Under the pieces are notes generated by a model, which was not told the origin of the DNA, did not search any database, and was given only the letters and a program-made list of their open reading frames with translations. This document shows positions 1 to 7,993 of a stretch of 56,292 bases of DNA, piece after piece; positions within the stretch are counted from its first letter, which is position 1; each line of letters opens with the position of its first letter. A program made the position numbers and the translations under genes. The stretch covers positions 1 to 56,292 of IMG/VR virus record IMGVR_UViG_3300037847_000441; one strand, written 5' to 3'. Source of the DNA: a virus (Duplodnaviria; Caudoviricetes).

Positions 1-64
1 CACAGGCTTGGAACTTGCCCTTTTTCTTCGGAGCACCAATATCAACCCAATCACCTTTTGGGCC
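1..64. repeat. Left copy of 64-bp terminal direct repeat (circular assembly overlap)
   Basis: 1-64 matches 56229-56292 at 62/64 positions. Confidence 0.95.
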
Positions 65-91
65 TTTTCCAAACCATTCTTTTAAACTCAT
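1..91 (-). CDS. 5' part of a 96-aa Lys/Arg-rich protein that spans the circular junction (MSLKEWFGKGPKGDWVDIGAPK...)
   Basis: ATG at 91 overlaps the stop of 88..270 (ATGA); the frame continues through the end repeat to TAA at 56029-56031. Confidence 0.85.
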   Translation of the reverse strand, partial: MSLKEWFGKGPKGDWVDIGAPKKKGKFQAC

Positions 92-270
92 GCGTACTTA
101 CCACCACGTTTTTTATAGGTACGTACTAACCAACTGTTTGCATATGCGCTTGGATATACCTTAAATTTACGTTTAGCCTCTGCCTTTACTCGTGCATAGA
201 GACTAGGATTAAGCGGTCTAGGCGATCCTTTTTTTCTTTTTGTTTTTGGCTTTGCTCTTTTGATTGCCAT
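88..270 (-). CDS. Small basic viral protein (PSAYAN...YKKRGGKY family, DUF5872-like)
   Basis: ORF track; coupled to neighbours; recognisable viral motif. Confidence 0.7.
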   Translation of the reverse strand: MAIKRAKPKTKRKKGSPRPLNPSLYARVKAEAKRKFKVYPSAYANSWLVRTYKKRGGKYA

Positions 271-532
271 CTTTTAATACCTTCTTTGCTTGTTTAGCTA
301 TTCGTACAACTTCATTCTTACCCATAACTTTTGCACGTTGTTCCATAACTGTAAGTATTTGTATTTTACGTGCATATGGTTTTTTAATTCGTTTAACTTT
401 AGCCACAGTAGCTCTTGCATCTGCTGGAGTAGCAAACTTTATACTAACTGTATCTTTTGGATTTTCATCAGTATAAAGTCTGCGTCCAGAACCTTTTGGC
501 TTTTTACCTGTGCCTTTTTTAGGGTCAGCCAT
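218..532 (-). CDS. Basic conserved phage protein (GSGRRLYTDENPKDTV motif)
   Basis: ORF track; start abuts the stop of the upstream gene; K/R-rich. Confidence 0.75.
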   Translation of the reverse strand: MADPKKGTGKKPKGSGRRLYTDENPKDTVSIKFATPADARATVAKVKRIKKPYARKIQILTVMEQRAKVMGKNEVVRIAKQAKKVLKDGNQKSKAKNKKKKRIA

Positions 533-741
533 TACCTAGCACGACCACCACGAGAACGATACTTAGTAGCTTTACCACCACCCATGCGTCTTGCTGTGCC
601 ACCACGAGAGCGATATTTAGTAGCTTTGCCACCACCCATTCTTCTCAAAGCACCACCTCTAGACTTATACTTAGTAGCTTTACCACCACGCATACGTCTT
701 ACTGTTCCACCTTTAGACTTCATCTTCGTTCTTTTCATCAT
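532..741 (-). CDS. Very basic protein made of 18-aa RRMxGGKATKYxSRGG repeats
   Basis: ORF track 532..762; GAGGAG about 10 nt upstream favours the ATG at 741. Confidence 0.75.
   Translation of the reverse strand: MMKRTKMKSKGGTVRRMRGGKATKYKSRGGALRRMGGGKATKYRSRGGTARRMGGGKATKYRSRGGRAR
536..720 (-). repeat. Three-plus degenerate 54-bp coding tandem repeats
   Basis: ttagtagcttt-ccacc recurs at 54-nt spacing. Confidence 0.85.
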
Positions 742-1408
742 CTGGATCACACTCCTCTGCATATAAGTTGTTAAAAGTAATATTAGGATTCATATAACTA
801 TTATCTATCTCTGCTGAATGTACATATTGACTTGGTGTAAAATCTGGTGCTCCTTCTCCAGTAACCCATAAAGCAGGATTAGTTACTCTTACTCTGTTAT
901 TAGGCAACGCTACAATATTACCTGTAAATTCATCTGCATCTATAAGTTCTAATACATGTGATTGTTTATGTTGTGCTGGATCATCAGAAATATAACTGTC
1001 TGTATAATCTACTGTAAACATATAACGACCTGTATAAAACTCTCCATTTATTTTACAAAGCCACGGACTAGAAGATATTCTATCCATAACTATTACACTA
1101 TGATTTCTAGCAGAGCAGTCCCAAGGTTGAACAAAATGTGTAGGCATTAACTCAGGCCATTCATCTAACTCTGTGTCTGCTACTAATGCAGCTATTGGCA
1201 TCCTAGCCCACATAGCTCCACCATGTATATTTTCTTCTTCATCACATCCAGTAAATACTACTTGAAAACTTAATGATCTGTCTGGTATAGTATTAACTGC
1301 AAAAGCTAAAGCGTGTAAGTATTCTCCTTGATATTCTTCATGATTAGTTGTAAACTCTTTACGAACCCAACATTTAAAATGAGGGATGTTCGATATTAAA
1401 TAGGACAT
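713..1408 (-). CDS. Conserved phage protein of unknown function (GGAMWARMPI motif)
   Basis: 231-aa ORF with globular composition. Confidence 0.8.
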   Translation of the reverse strand: MSYLISNIPHFKCWVRKEFTTNHEEYQGEYLHALAFAVNTIPDRSLSFQVVFTGCDEEENIHGGAMWARMPIAALVADTELDEWPELMPTHFVQPWDCSARNHSVIVMDRISSSPWLCKINGEFYTGRYMFTVDYTDSYISDDPAQHKQSHVLELIDADEFTGNIVALPNNRVRVTNPALWVTGEGAPDFTPSQYVHSAEIDNSYMNPNITFNNLYAEECDPDDEKNEDEV

Positions 1409-1414
1409 TTGATT

Positions 1415-1720
1415 TTAGCATCTCCATCTTCTACGTGCTTGTCTCAAGCGGCTATTAGGATTCTTAGCTGCTTTTGGAAACTTTTTCATTTGCCCCGCTG
1501 ATCTTGCACAGAAAGACTTTCGCCTTGCTGCTCTTTTTGCTGTTCTAGGTTTTGCTTCTGTTACGGCTGTTTGTAATTTAGAACCGGGATTCTTACGTCT
1601 GTATGCAGCTACACCTTTAGCAGTCATACCTGCACCAGTTTTAGTAGGACGTTTATGACCACCTTTAATGGTCAGTCCTTTCATACCTGTCCCTTTTCTT
1701 TTTCGTTTACGTACAGCCAC
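1415..1720 (-). CDS. Basic conserved phage protein (RRKSFCAR...RRRWRC, DUF6321-like)
   Basis: ORF track; recognisable motif. Confidence 0.75.
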   Translation of the reverse strand: MAVRKRKRKGTGMKGLTIKGGHKRPTKTGAGMTAKGVAAYRRKNPGSKLQTAVTEAKPRTAKRAARRKSFCARSAGQMKKFPKAAKNPNSRLRQARRRWRC

Positions 1721-3420
1721 TATATTGCTCTTGGTTGATAGTTATATGGATTACGTTCTATTACAGACCCACCTCGTTTTCTACTCTCTTCTTCTCTAGC
1801 TAAAGGTTTAGATGCTCTAAGTGGAGCCGCAAGACCTACTTCTTTTAAAAGTCTAGAATAGTCTGGATTACTAGGTTCTATTTTTGCAACAACTTGCATT
1901 GTATAAAATTGTGCTTTAGTCATTCCTTGTGGAGTTTTAAGTTTAGTATCTATTAATTTTGGATATTTTTTTAATAAATCTTTTTCAACTTTTTCTGCTC
2001 TAATCTTTTTAGCTTTTTGTAAAGCTTTTTCCGATTTAGCAAGTCCTTTTGAAACACGCTTAACATTACCTTCTTTCTTTAAAAAATCTATTGGTATAGG
2101 GGTAGAAACACTTATCATTCTATCTGCAAGTGGAGCTTTTAAAGAAAGTCTTAGATTTGTTAATGGAATTTTAGCATTAAATAAATCATTTTCATCATTT
2201 ACAAAAGAAACACCAGTACCATCTTTTTTTATAGCAGATGTGTAATTAACTCCACCAAGTTCTATCGCATCTGATTTAATAGATCCTTCTACAATAGCTG
2301 GTTTACCTTTTAATACTTCTTTAGGATTTTCAACTCTAACATTATTTTCTTGTAATGCTTTTAAAAATTTTTCATTAGATTTTTTACCTGTAAATTTTTT
2401 TCCTTTAAATACATCATTTTTTAAATTAGTTGCACTATTTCCTCCAAATATTTTTCTTTTAAAAACAGCATTGTCTAAATTACCAGCAGCTTGTGTATTA
2501 GTTCTACGAACAGTCATTCTATAATTTTTATTTGGATTTACATTTTGAGTTTTTTTCATTTGATCAAATACAGCATTAAAATCTTCTTTACGCAATCCTG
2601 TAGATTCACCACCTACTTCTTTTAAAATTTTTGTATATTCATCAGGATTTAAATTACCAAAACCTACCTCATCTATACCTTCAATTCCTCTACGAAATTT
2701 AGAAGGATTACTATATTGATCTGCAAAAAGAGTACTTTGTCTGCCTTGCCCTGTACTTATTTTACCGGGTGATGGAGCTTTCTCTTCAGGTAACTTCTCT
2801 AAAATTTTTTTACCTAATTTTGATTTACCTAATTTTGATTCAGCTAGTTTTGATACTAATGTGTCTTTATTTAAATCTTTATCTTCTAATAATTTTTTTA
2901 AATTTTCTTTAGCAACTTTTTGATCAGCAACTGATATACCCTCTTCTTTAAATAATGCTCTTGCTTTTGGAGAATATCTAGCTTCTATAATATTAGCTAA
3001 TCCTTGTGATCCACCTTCTCCTATACCATATGTTTTTGCTATTGGGTTACCACTATAAAAATATTTAAGATAATTAGGTATTTGAGGCAAAGCTTGACTT
3101 GCTGCTGCTTTTAAACCAGCTTTAGTTACACCACCTGAAGGTACAAAAGGTAATAAACCAGCCAAAGCTAAACCTATATTTGTTGCACTAGGATCTTCTT
3201 TAATAGCCATAACATCAGCTACACCACCAGCGATATCTCCAACAATAGGAATTGGTGCTGTTAAAAGAGCAATCTTATCTTGAGTAGGCATTTTATCATA
3301 AATGTCTCCAAGTGTTTCTGAAAGACTTAGACTTCGATCAATATCAGCAGGTAACGGCTGAATATCTCTTTCAGTCGCTTTCATTTGACTTGATACATTT
3401 TCTCTACTGTCTATTACCAC
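1720..3420 (-). CDS. 566-aa Lys-rich protein with an N-terminal pre-toxin-like hydrophobic hairpin; putative virion cargo
   Basis: Long ORF; IPIVGDIAGGVADV...LAGLLPFVP segment; C-terminal RKRGGSV. Confidence 0.6.
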   Translation of the reverse strand: MVIDSRENVSSQMKATERDIQPLPADIDRSLSLSETLGDIYDKMPTQDKIALLTAPIPIVGDIAGGVADVMAIKEDPSATNIGLALAGLLPFVPSGGVTKAGLKAAASQALPQIPNYLKYFYSGNPIAKTYGIGEGGSQGLANIIEARYSPKARALFKEEGISVADQKVAKENLKKLLEDKDLNKDTLVSKLAESKLGKSKLGKKILEKLPEEKAPSPGKISTGQGRQSTLFADQYSNPSKFRRGIEGIDEVGFGNLNPDEYTKILKEVGGESTGLRKEDFNAVFDQMKKTQNVNPNKNYRMTVRRTNTQAAGNLDNAVFKRKIFGGNSATNLKNDVFKGKKFTGKKSNEKFLKALQENNVRVENPKEVLKGKPAIVEGSIKSDAIELGGVNYTSAIKKDGTGVSFVNDENDLFNAKIPLTNLRLSLKAPLADRMISVSTPIPIDFLKKEGNVKRVSKGLAKSEKALQKAKKIRAEKVEKDLLKKYPKLIDTKLKTPQGMTKAQFYTMQVVAKIEPSNPDYSRLLKEVGLAAPLRASKPLAREEESRKRGGSVIERNPYNYQPRAI

Positions 3421-3421
3421 A

Positions 3422-3565
3422 CTATACCTTTACATAAGTATCTTTATATTTTTGAATTAGATAGTAACATAAATCAGACCAATATACTTTAAAGTCTGTA
3501 TAGTCTTCACGATTAGGTTTAACTATATCATAATTTATTTTACTATTATCAATATCTATAGCCAT
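3422..3565 (-). CDS. 47-aa hypothetical protein (MAIDIDNSKINYDIVKP...)
   Basis: Translated manually; fills the gap and overlaps the upstream stop. Confidence 0.6.
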   Translation of the reverse strand: MAIDIDNSKINYDIVKPNREDYTDFKVYWSDLCYYLIQKYKDTYVKV

Positions 3566-4380
3566 CAAAACATTTTGTCTGAGTAAGTAGCTTTACCATA
3601 ACCTTTTATAGCTTGGCCTACACCACGAACTTTACCACCTGCTTGACGCTTAATTCGACCACCTGCTTTATTTTCAACATCAGGTTCAAAAGCATCATCA
3701 CTTGTATCAAAAGTTAGTGTACCTAAAGGTGTCTTAACTTTACGCTTTGCACCCTCTAGTCCTTTTGCTCCTCTCATACCAACAGCACCTTCTAAGTATT
3801 CACCCATAGACATTGCTTCATCTTTAGGTTTAGCTTTAGGTTTAGCTTTAGCTTTTGGCTTCATTGCACCTGCATCAAATCCCCCTGCTGGAATTGATTC
3901 AGTAGCACGTTTTGGAGGTTTTGGTTTTCTTTTAGGTGTAGGAATATTAGGTCCAGAAGCTTTTGGAGGTTCTTTTTTTAGTGCAGAACCTATCGCAGCA
4001 GCAGTCCCTAAAACTGTTCCTGCTTTTAATAAACCTTTTGCCTGATCTTTTGCTGATTCTACATTCTTTTTAGGTGGTTTAGTTTTTTTAAGCATTGGTT
4101 TACCTGAAGAACTTAATTTTACACGACCACTTTTAGTTGTTTGATAAGCTTTATTAACAGGAACTGGTCTACTTCCCGGTCCTTTAGGAACATTTTTTTG
4201 AGTTGTTGCTAATTTATTAGCATCTTTAGCACTTATTTTTTTTGCTGGAGAACGTAATTTATTAACAGCAGCTTGAGATGCTTTTTTACCAATACCTCTT
4301 TTTATTAACATTTTAGCAACTTTAGGTGCTGCCATTCTAATTATTGAACCTATTACTATTGGTATTAATGGTAAAGCCAT
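3565..4380 (-). CDS. Lys/Ala/Pro-rich low-complexity protein with C-terminal xxGG motifs
   Basis: ORF track; GGAGG RBS upstream. Confidence 0.8.
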   Translation of the reverse strand: MALPLIPIVIGSIIRMAAPKVAKMLIKRGIGKKASQAAVNKLRSPAKKISAKDANKLATTQKNVPKGPGSRPVPVNKAYQTTKSGRVKLSSSGKPMLKKTKPPKKNVESAKDQAKGLLKAGTVLGTAAAIGSALKKEPPKASGPNIPTPKRKPKPPKRATESIPAGGFDAGAMKPKAKAKPKAKPKDEAMSMGEYLEGAVGMRGAKGLEGAKRKVKTPLGTLTFDTSDDAFEPDVENKAGGRIKRQAGGKVRGVGQAIKGYGKATYSDKMF

Positions 4381-4382
4381 AA

Positions 4383-4559
4383 TTAACCCTCCACCTTAAA
4401 GGATTTACCTTGAGTGTAGTCTTCATCTACAACTACATCTTGAGGCGGTCCTTTTACATCTGGACCTTTACGTGCAGCACCATAGCCTTGTCCAGTAGGT
4501 CTACCTACAATCTCATCTAAGTTATGTGGACGTTTAATTAATGTATGAGGTCCAATCAT
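4383..4559 (-). CDS. 58-aa hypothetical protein (..GRPTGQGYGAARKGP..)
   Basis: Translated manually; AGGAG RBS; ATGA overlap with the upstream ORF. Confidence 0.7.
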   Translation of the reverse strand: MIGPHTLIKRPHNLDEIVGRPTGQGYGAARKGPDVKGPPQDVVVDEDYTQGKSFKVEG

Positions 4560-4636
4560 TTCTTTCTCCTCTTTTTCTTTCGTTTCTTTTTAGGTGGTTT
4601 AGATATCTGTTGTCTAACACTTGATCTACTAATCAT
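4556..4636 (-). CDS. 26-aa peptide MISRSSVRQQISKPPKKKRKKKRRKK
   Basis: Translated manually; overlaps both neighbours and exactly fills the gap. Confidence 0.6.
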   Translation of the reverse strand: MISRSSVRQQISKPPKKKRKKKRRKK

Positions 4637-4799
4637 CGTACATCATAGATACAATTTGACCACCTGTCATAGCAGCAACTATTCTGCCACCCTTTTTTGC
4701 ATATCCCATTTTATTAACTGTTTCTGGACTTTCTTTTTTTAAGGCTGCTAGTCCCGGCTGTGTTTCAGGATCAATAGGTTTTAAAGCTCCTTTTACCAT
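4629..4799 (-). CDS. 56-aa protein with two xxGG motifs (MVKGALKP...)
   Basis: Within ORF 4629..4874; GGAGAG RBS before the ATG at 4799. Confidence 0.7.
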   Translation of the reverse strand: MVKGALKPIDPETQPGLAALKKESPETVNKMGYAKKGGRIVAAMTGGQIVSMMYDD

Positions 4800-4809
4800 G
4801 ATAACTCTC

Positions 4810-5490
4810 CTATGGTGCTGTTGGTTGTATTGTATTTGGGCCACCAGCAGGTGATGCTGCAACAGCCATATCATCTTGTCTTGTTCTTCTAGCTTGATTA
4901 CGTAGTGCTTGAATTTGCACTACATACTGTGCTTCCCAAAACTGTAGATTATTCCAATCTTTATTAAACATTGTAGCTTCCATTAAAGAAGCATAAAACA
5001 AAGCATTATAACAATACTCACTAAAATAATTAGTTGTTGTTACACTTGTTCCTGTAGCAGATGCTAAAGGTAGTGGTTGAGATTGAGTTTGTATTTCTGT
5101 TGTAATAACAGAGGATGGGGTTGGAACTATTTTTAATGTAAGATTATCTTTTCTAGAATAATAACGTGGTGTGCCAGTAGAAGCACTAACAGGCCAATAG
5201 TCCTTGACATATTCAAAAGTACGTGGTAATAAATTAGTAACGGTAGTTCCAGTGCTAACTACATAGTTTACATTGCGAACTACACGTACACGATCATTAA
5301 GAGTTACTGCACCAGCATTACCAGAAGATACAGAAACATTTGTAAATTCATCTAATCCAAAATCATCAAGATCTTTTACAAGACGAAACTCTGCTCGTTG
5401 TATAAAACCAGTAATAGCACTGGTGAATTCAGTGCCATCATTCTCAGAAGTCTCTTGGATATCTGATTTTAGTTGAGCAAAATTAGGCAT
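4810..5490 (-). CDS. Putative head-tail adaptor / head completion protein
   Basis: FIQRAEFRL, TGTPRYY and ALFYASLMEA pattern typical of phage adaptors; follows the capsid gene. Confidence 0.6.
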   Translation of the reverse strand: MPNFAQLKSDIQETSENDGTEFTSAITGFIQRAEFRLVKDLDDFGLDEFTNVSVSSGNAGAVTLNDRVRVVRNVNYVVSTGTTVTNLLPRTFEYVKDYWPVSASTGTPRYYSRKDNLTLKIVPTPSSVITTEIQTQSQPLPLASATGTSVTTTNYFSEYCYNALFYASLMEATMFNKDWNNLQFWEAQYVVQIQALRNQARRTRQDDMAVAASPAGGPNTIQPTAP

Positions 5491-5491
5491 A

Positions 5492-5854
5492 CTAACCTAC
5501 ATATAATGTAATCGTAGGAGCATCAACTCCTGATACAGATACACTTACAATACCATGAACAGGAACACCCATATCACCTATGTACATATCGTTTGAGTCT
5601 GTAGCACCTACCCGATAGTGGATAGCATTACCTTTTGCTGTTTTATTTGTAATTTGTTTACTACCTGATATTGCAATTTCACCTGCAACAGTAGAAAAAG
5701 TATGTATAGCAACAATACGATTAACTGTGGGTACAGGATTAGATCCATCACCCTCGCCACCTAGTGTTACTGTTGGTGCATCTACAAATCTAAATCCTGT
5801 TATGATTGCACCATCACTGCTTACATTGTGTGCTACTTTAATATTTGAAGCCAT
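5492..5854 (-). CDS. Putative small virion structural protein
   Basis: Beta-rich 120 aa directly after the capsid terminator; GGAG RBS. Confidence 0.6.
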   Translation of the reverse strand: MASNIKVAHNVSSDGAIITGFRFVDAPTVTLGGEGDGSNPVPTVNRIVAIHTFSTVAGEIAISGSKQITNKTAKGNAIHYRVGATDSNDMYIGDMGVPVHGIVSVSVSGVDAPTITLYVG

Positions 5855-5870
5855 TTATATTCTCCATGTA

Positions 5871-5903
5871 ATAAAGGAGGAGGTGACATAGTGCCACCCC
5901 CTC
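5871..5903 (-). terminator. Intrinsic terminator after the major capsid gene
   Basis: GAGGGGGTGGCA-CTA-TGTCACCTCCTC followed by CTTTAT on the minus strand. Confidence 0.75.
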
Positions 5904-5910
5904 GCTCTTA

Positions 5911-6831
5911 TTAAGAACCAGCACTTCCAAAGAAGCCACGCCAATCAGATACACCAAAGCTATATCGCTCTCGTGCCTTAAAGCGCAAGTTACCAGTATC
6001 AAAGTCAGGCTCCATCTTTGTTTGAAGTGGAGAACGGACAAACATTTTCGTACCATTAGGAACATCTGTCTTAATGAAATACGAGTTCGTATCCGTAAAC
6101 CTGCGATTGATAAAGTAACCTTCTGGAATCATGCCCAAGTGACGAGTAGCGTTTATAGCGTTCGTATTTGGGTTTGCCGCTGCCGCACTCGTTTGAGTGT
6201 TGCCGGGGCTTGCCAAGATACGATCTGTAATCGCCCATGAGTCAACAGGAACATGAAGTGAAACAGCACTTGCACCAATCAAAATACCACGATCATCTTT
6301 GAGTTTCTGAATCGTGGTAAGAGCAGTTTCAAGTGTTGCTTCTGTAAGGTCAGCCGCCGCAAGAAGGTTAGACTGATTACCATCAGAGATTGTGGGGTGT
6401 GCGGCAGAAAAGAACGCAGCACCATCACCAATGGTGTCAGAGAAACCATTATTGAAAAGGTTAGCAGCTTTCACCTGTTTGGTATTCGCCATTGCACGAG
6501 CAAGGCCACGAGCACGAAGCTTGGCAAACGAATCATATAGATTGTCTTCCATTGCTTCCTCTGTGACAGCGAAGGCAAGAGCCACCGTCTCGTGTGTATA
6601 ACGAGCCGTGAAGCTTTCTTGTGCGTCATCAAAGATAACGGTTGCACCTTCACCCTTTACAGGGGCAGTACCAAAACCAGTGAAGAGCACTTCCTCTTCA
6701 AAAGCACGGTCTGAATTTTCAGTTTCATAGAGAGGTGCGTGTTCATCGTTGACCTCTCCATACTCCATCCCGAATACAGCATTTAGACCCGGAAGGAGTT
6801 GTTTGCTAATACTAGCTCTATTAATAGCCAT
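5911..6831 (-). CDS. Major capsid protein (HK97 fold, Mu gpT-like family)
   Basis: MAINRASISKQLLPGLNAVFG...DFDTGNLRFKARERYSFG signature; position; distinct codon bias. Confidence 0.9.
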   Translation of the reverse strand: MAINRASISKQLLPGLNAVFGMEYGEVNDEHAPLYETENSDRAFEEEVLFTGFGTAPVKGEGATVIFDDAQESFTARYTHETVALAFAVTEEAMEDNLYDSFAKLRARGLARAMANTKQVKAANLFNNGFSDTIGDGAAFFSAAHPTISDGNQSNLLAAADLTEATLETALTTIQKLKDDRGILIGASAVSLHVPVDSWAITDRILASPGNTQTSAAAANPNTNAINATRHLGMIPEGYFINRRFTDTNSYFIKTDVPNGTKMFVRSPLQTKMEPDFDTGNLRFKARERYSFGVSDWRGFFGSAGS

Positions 6832-6846
6832 AATAAACCCTCCTTA

Positions 6847-7461
6847 TTAAGCCGTTGATGCCGTAGCAGTTACAAAACGATCACGGTGATGGTTCAACCA
6901 AACTTCAAGAATTGGTTTCGCATCATCGCTACCCTCGTCTGGAAACTTAGCTCTGCCAATCGCACGAACAGCAGCAGCAGATTCAACACCAGACGCACCA
7001 TCAAGATAGTAGCTGGATTGACCTGTAACTGTGTTACCACTAGAAGCAGTTGAGCTAACGGTCACATTATAGTTTTTAACAACAAGCAACTCAGCCGCTG
7101 AAACGGTGAGAGATGCTTGAATGTAATAAGTCTGATCAGGATCAGTTATTACAAAGAATTTAATATCCGTGGCTGATACAGTACCCGGCCAAAAACGTGA
7201 GAACTTTTGCTCTCCATTTTCTACATACTGACAACCCATGAAAACTCCAGAAGGCTTCAGAGTTGCAGCAATAAATGGAGATATAGTAGCGAAGTTAGCA
7301 CCCGGCAAAACCACTGGATCACCAGTAAAGATTTTGTTCGTGGGGCTACCTGTCATACCAGTTGAGGTAATCTCAATGGTATCCGTGACAGCTTCATTAT
7401 TATAGTTACCACCTTTTTTACGAGCAGGAATGAAACCACGAAATGCTGCGGTACTAGACAT
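6847..7461 (-). CDS. Putative capsid decoration/cement protein
   Basis: IFTGDPV and GVFMGCQY motifs; immediately upstream of the MCP; AAGGAG RBS. Confidence 0.6.
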   Translation of the reverse strand: MSSTAAFRGFIPARKKGGNYNNEAVTDTIEITSTGMTGSPTNKIFTGDPVVLPGANFATISPFIAATLKPSGVFMGCQYVENGEQKFSRFWPGTVSATDIKFFVITDPDQTYYIQASLTVSAAELLVVKNYNVTVSSTASSGNTVTGQSSYYLDGASGVESAAAVRAIGRAKFPDEGSDDAKPILEVWLNHHRDRFVTATASTA

Positions 7462-7491
7462 GTTTCATTCTCCTTAATAATTAAGAGGCAG

Positions 7492-7980
7492 TTAGTCTTG
7501 AAAAGACGGTTGTCTACCTCTGGTTGTAACAGAACGGCTAGTATTAGAAATAGGCATACGAGAATCAGAATTTTTCATGAGTTGTGCATTAACTGCATCC
7601 ATCATGTTATTAGCTTTATCTTCATAGTATTTCTGTCTAGCCTTTGCTTTTCCTGCTGGTATCTTAGCAAGAGCTAAGTCTCCACGACTTACTGTGCCAT
7701 GATACCTGCCACCCTCTTTCACGACAGAGGATAAAGCCATTTCAGGTACTTCTTCAGGATCAACGAACACCCAACCTTCTTGTTGTTTTTTACCAACATT
7801 AATATAGTCATCTTGGCCTTGAAGGGAGACTCGTATCCAACGTAATGCCATTTGTTCTTGATCAAACCTCTGCTGTACAGCTTCAGGAATATCAAGAGCA
7901 TTAGGCTCTTCAAATGTCCACTGTTCTTCTCTCACTGAATTTTCTCTTTGACTTTTAGTACGTGATTCATTTCGTGTCAT
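7492..7980 (-). CDS. Conserved head-cluster protein of unknown function
   Basis: RWIRVS...EGWVFVDPEEVPE; GGAGG RBS favours the start at 7980. Confidence 0.75.
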   Translation of the reverse strand: MTRNESRTKSQRENSVREEQWTFEEPNALDIPEAVQQRFDQEQMALRWIRVSLQGQDDYINVGKKQQEGWVFVDPEEVPEMALSSVVKEGGRYHGTVSRGDLALAKIPAGKAKARQKYYEDKANNMMDAVNAQLMKNSDSRMPISNTSRSVTTRGRQPSFQD

Positions 7981-7993
7981 ATTTTCCTCCACG

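Noticed and set aside
264-1150. Plus-strand ORFs 264..476, 290..766 and 962..1150
   Set aside because: Antisense shadows of coupled minus-strand genes; the Pro-rich repeats simply mirror Gly codons
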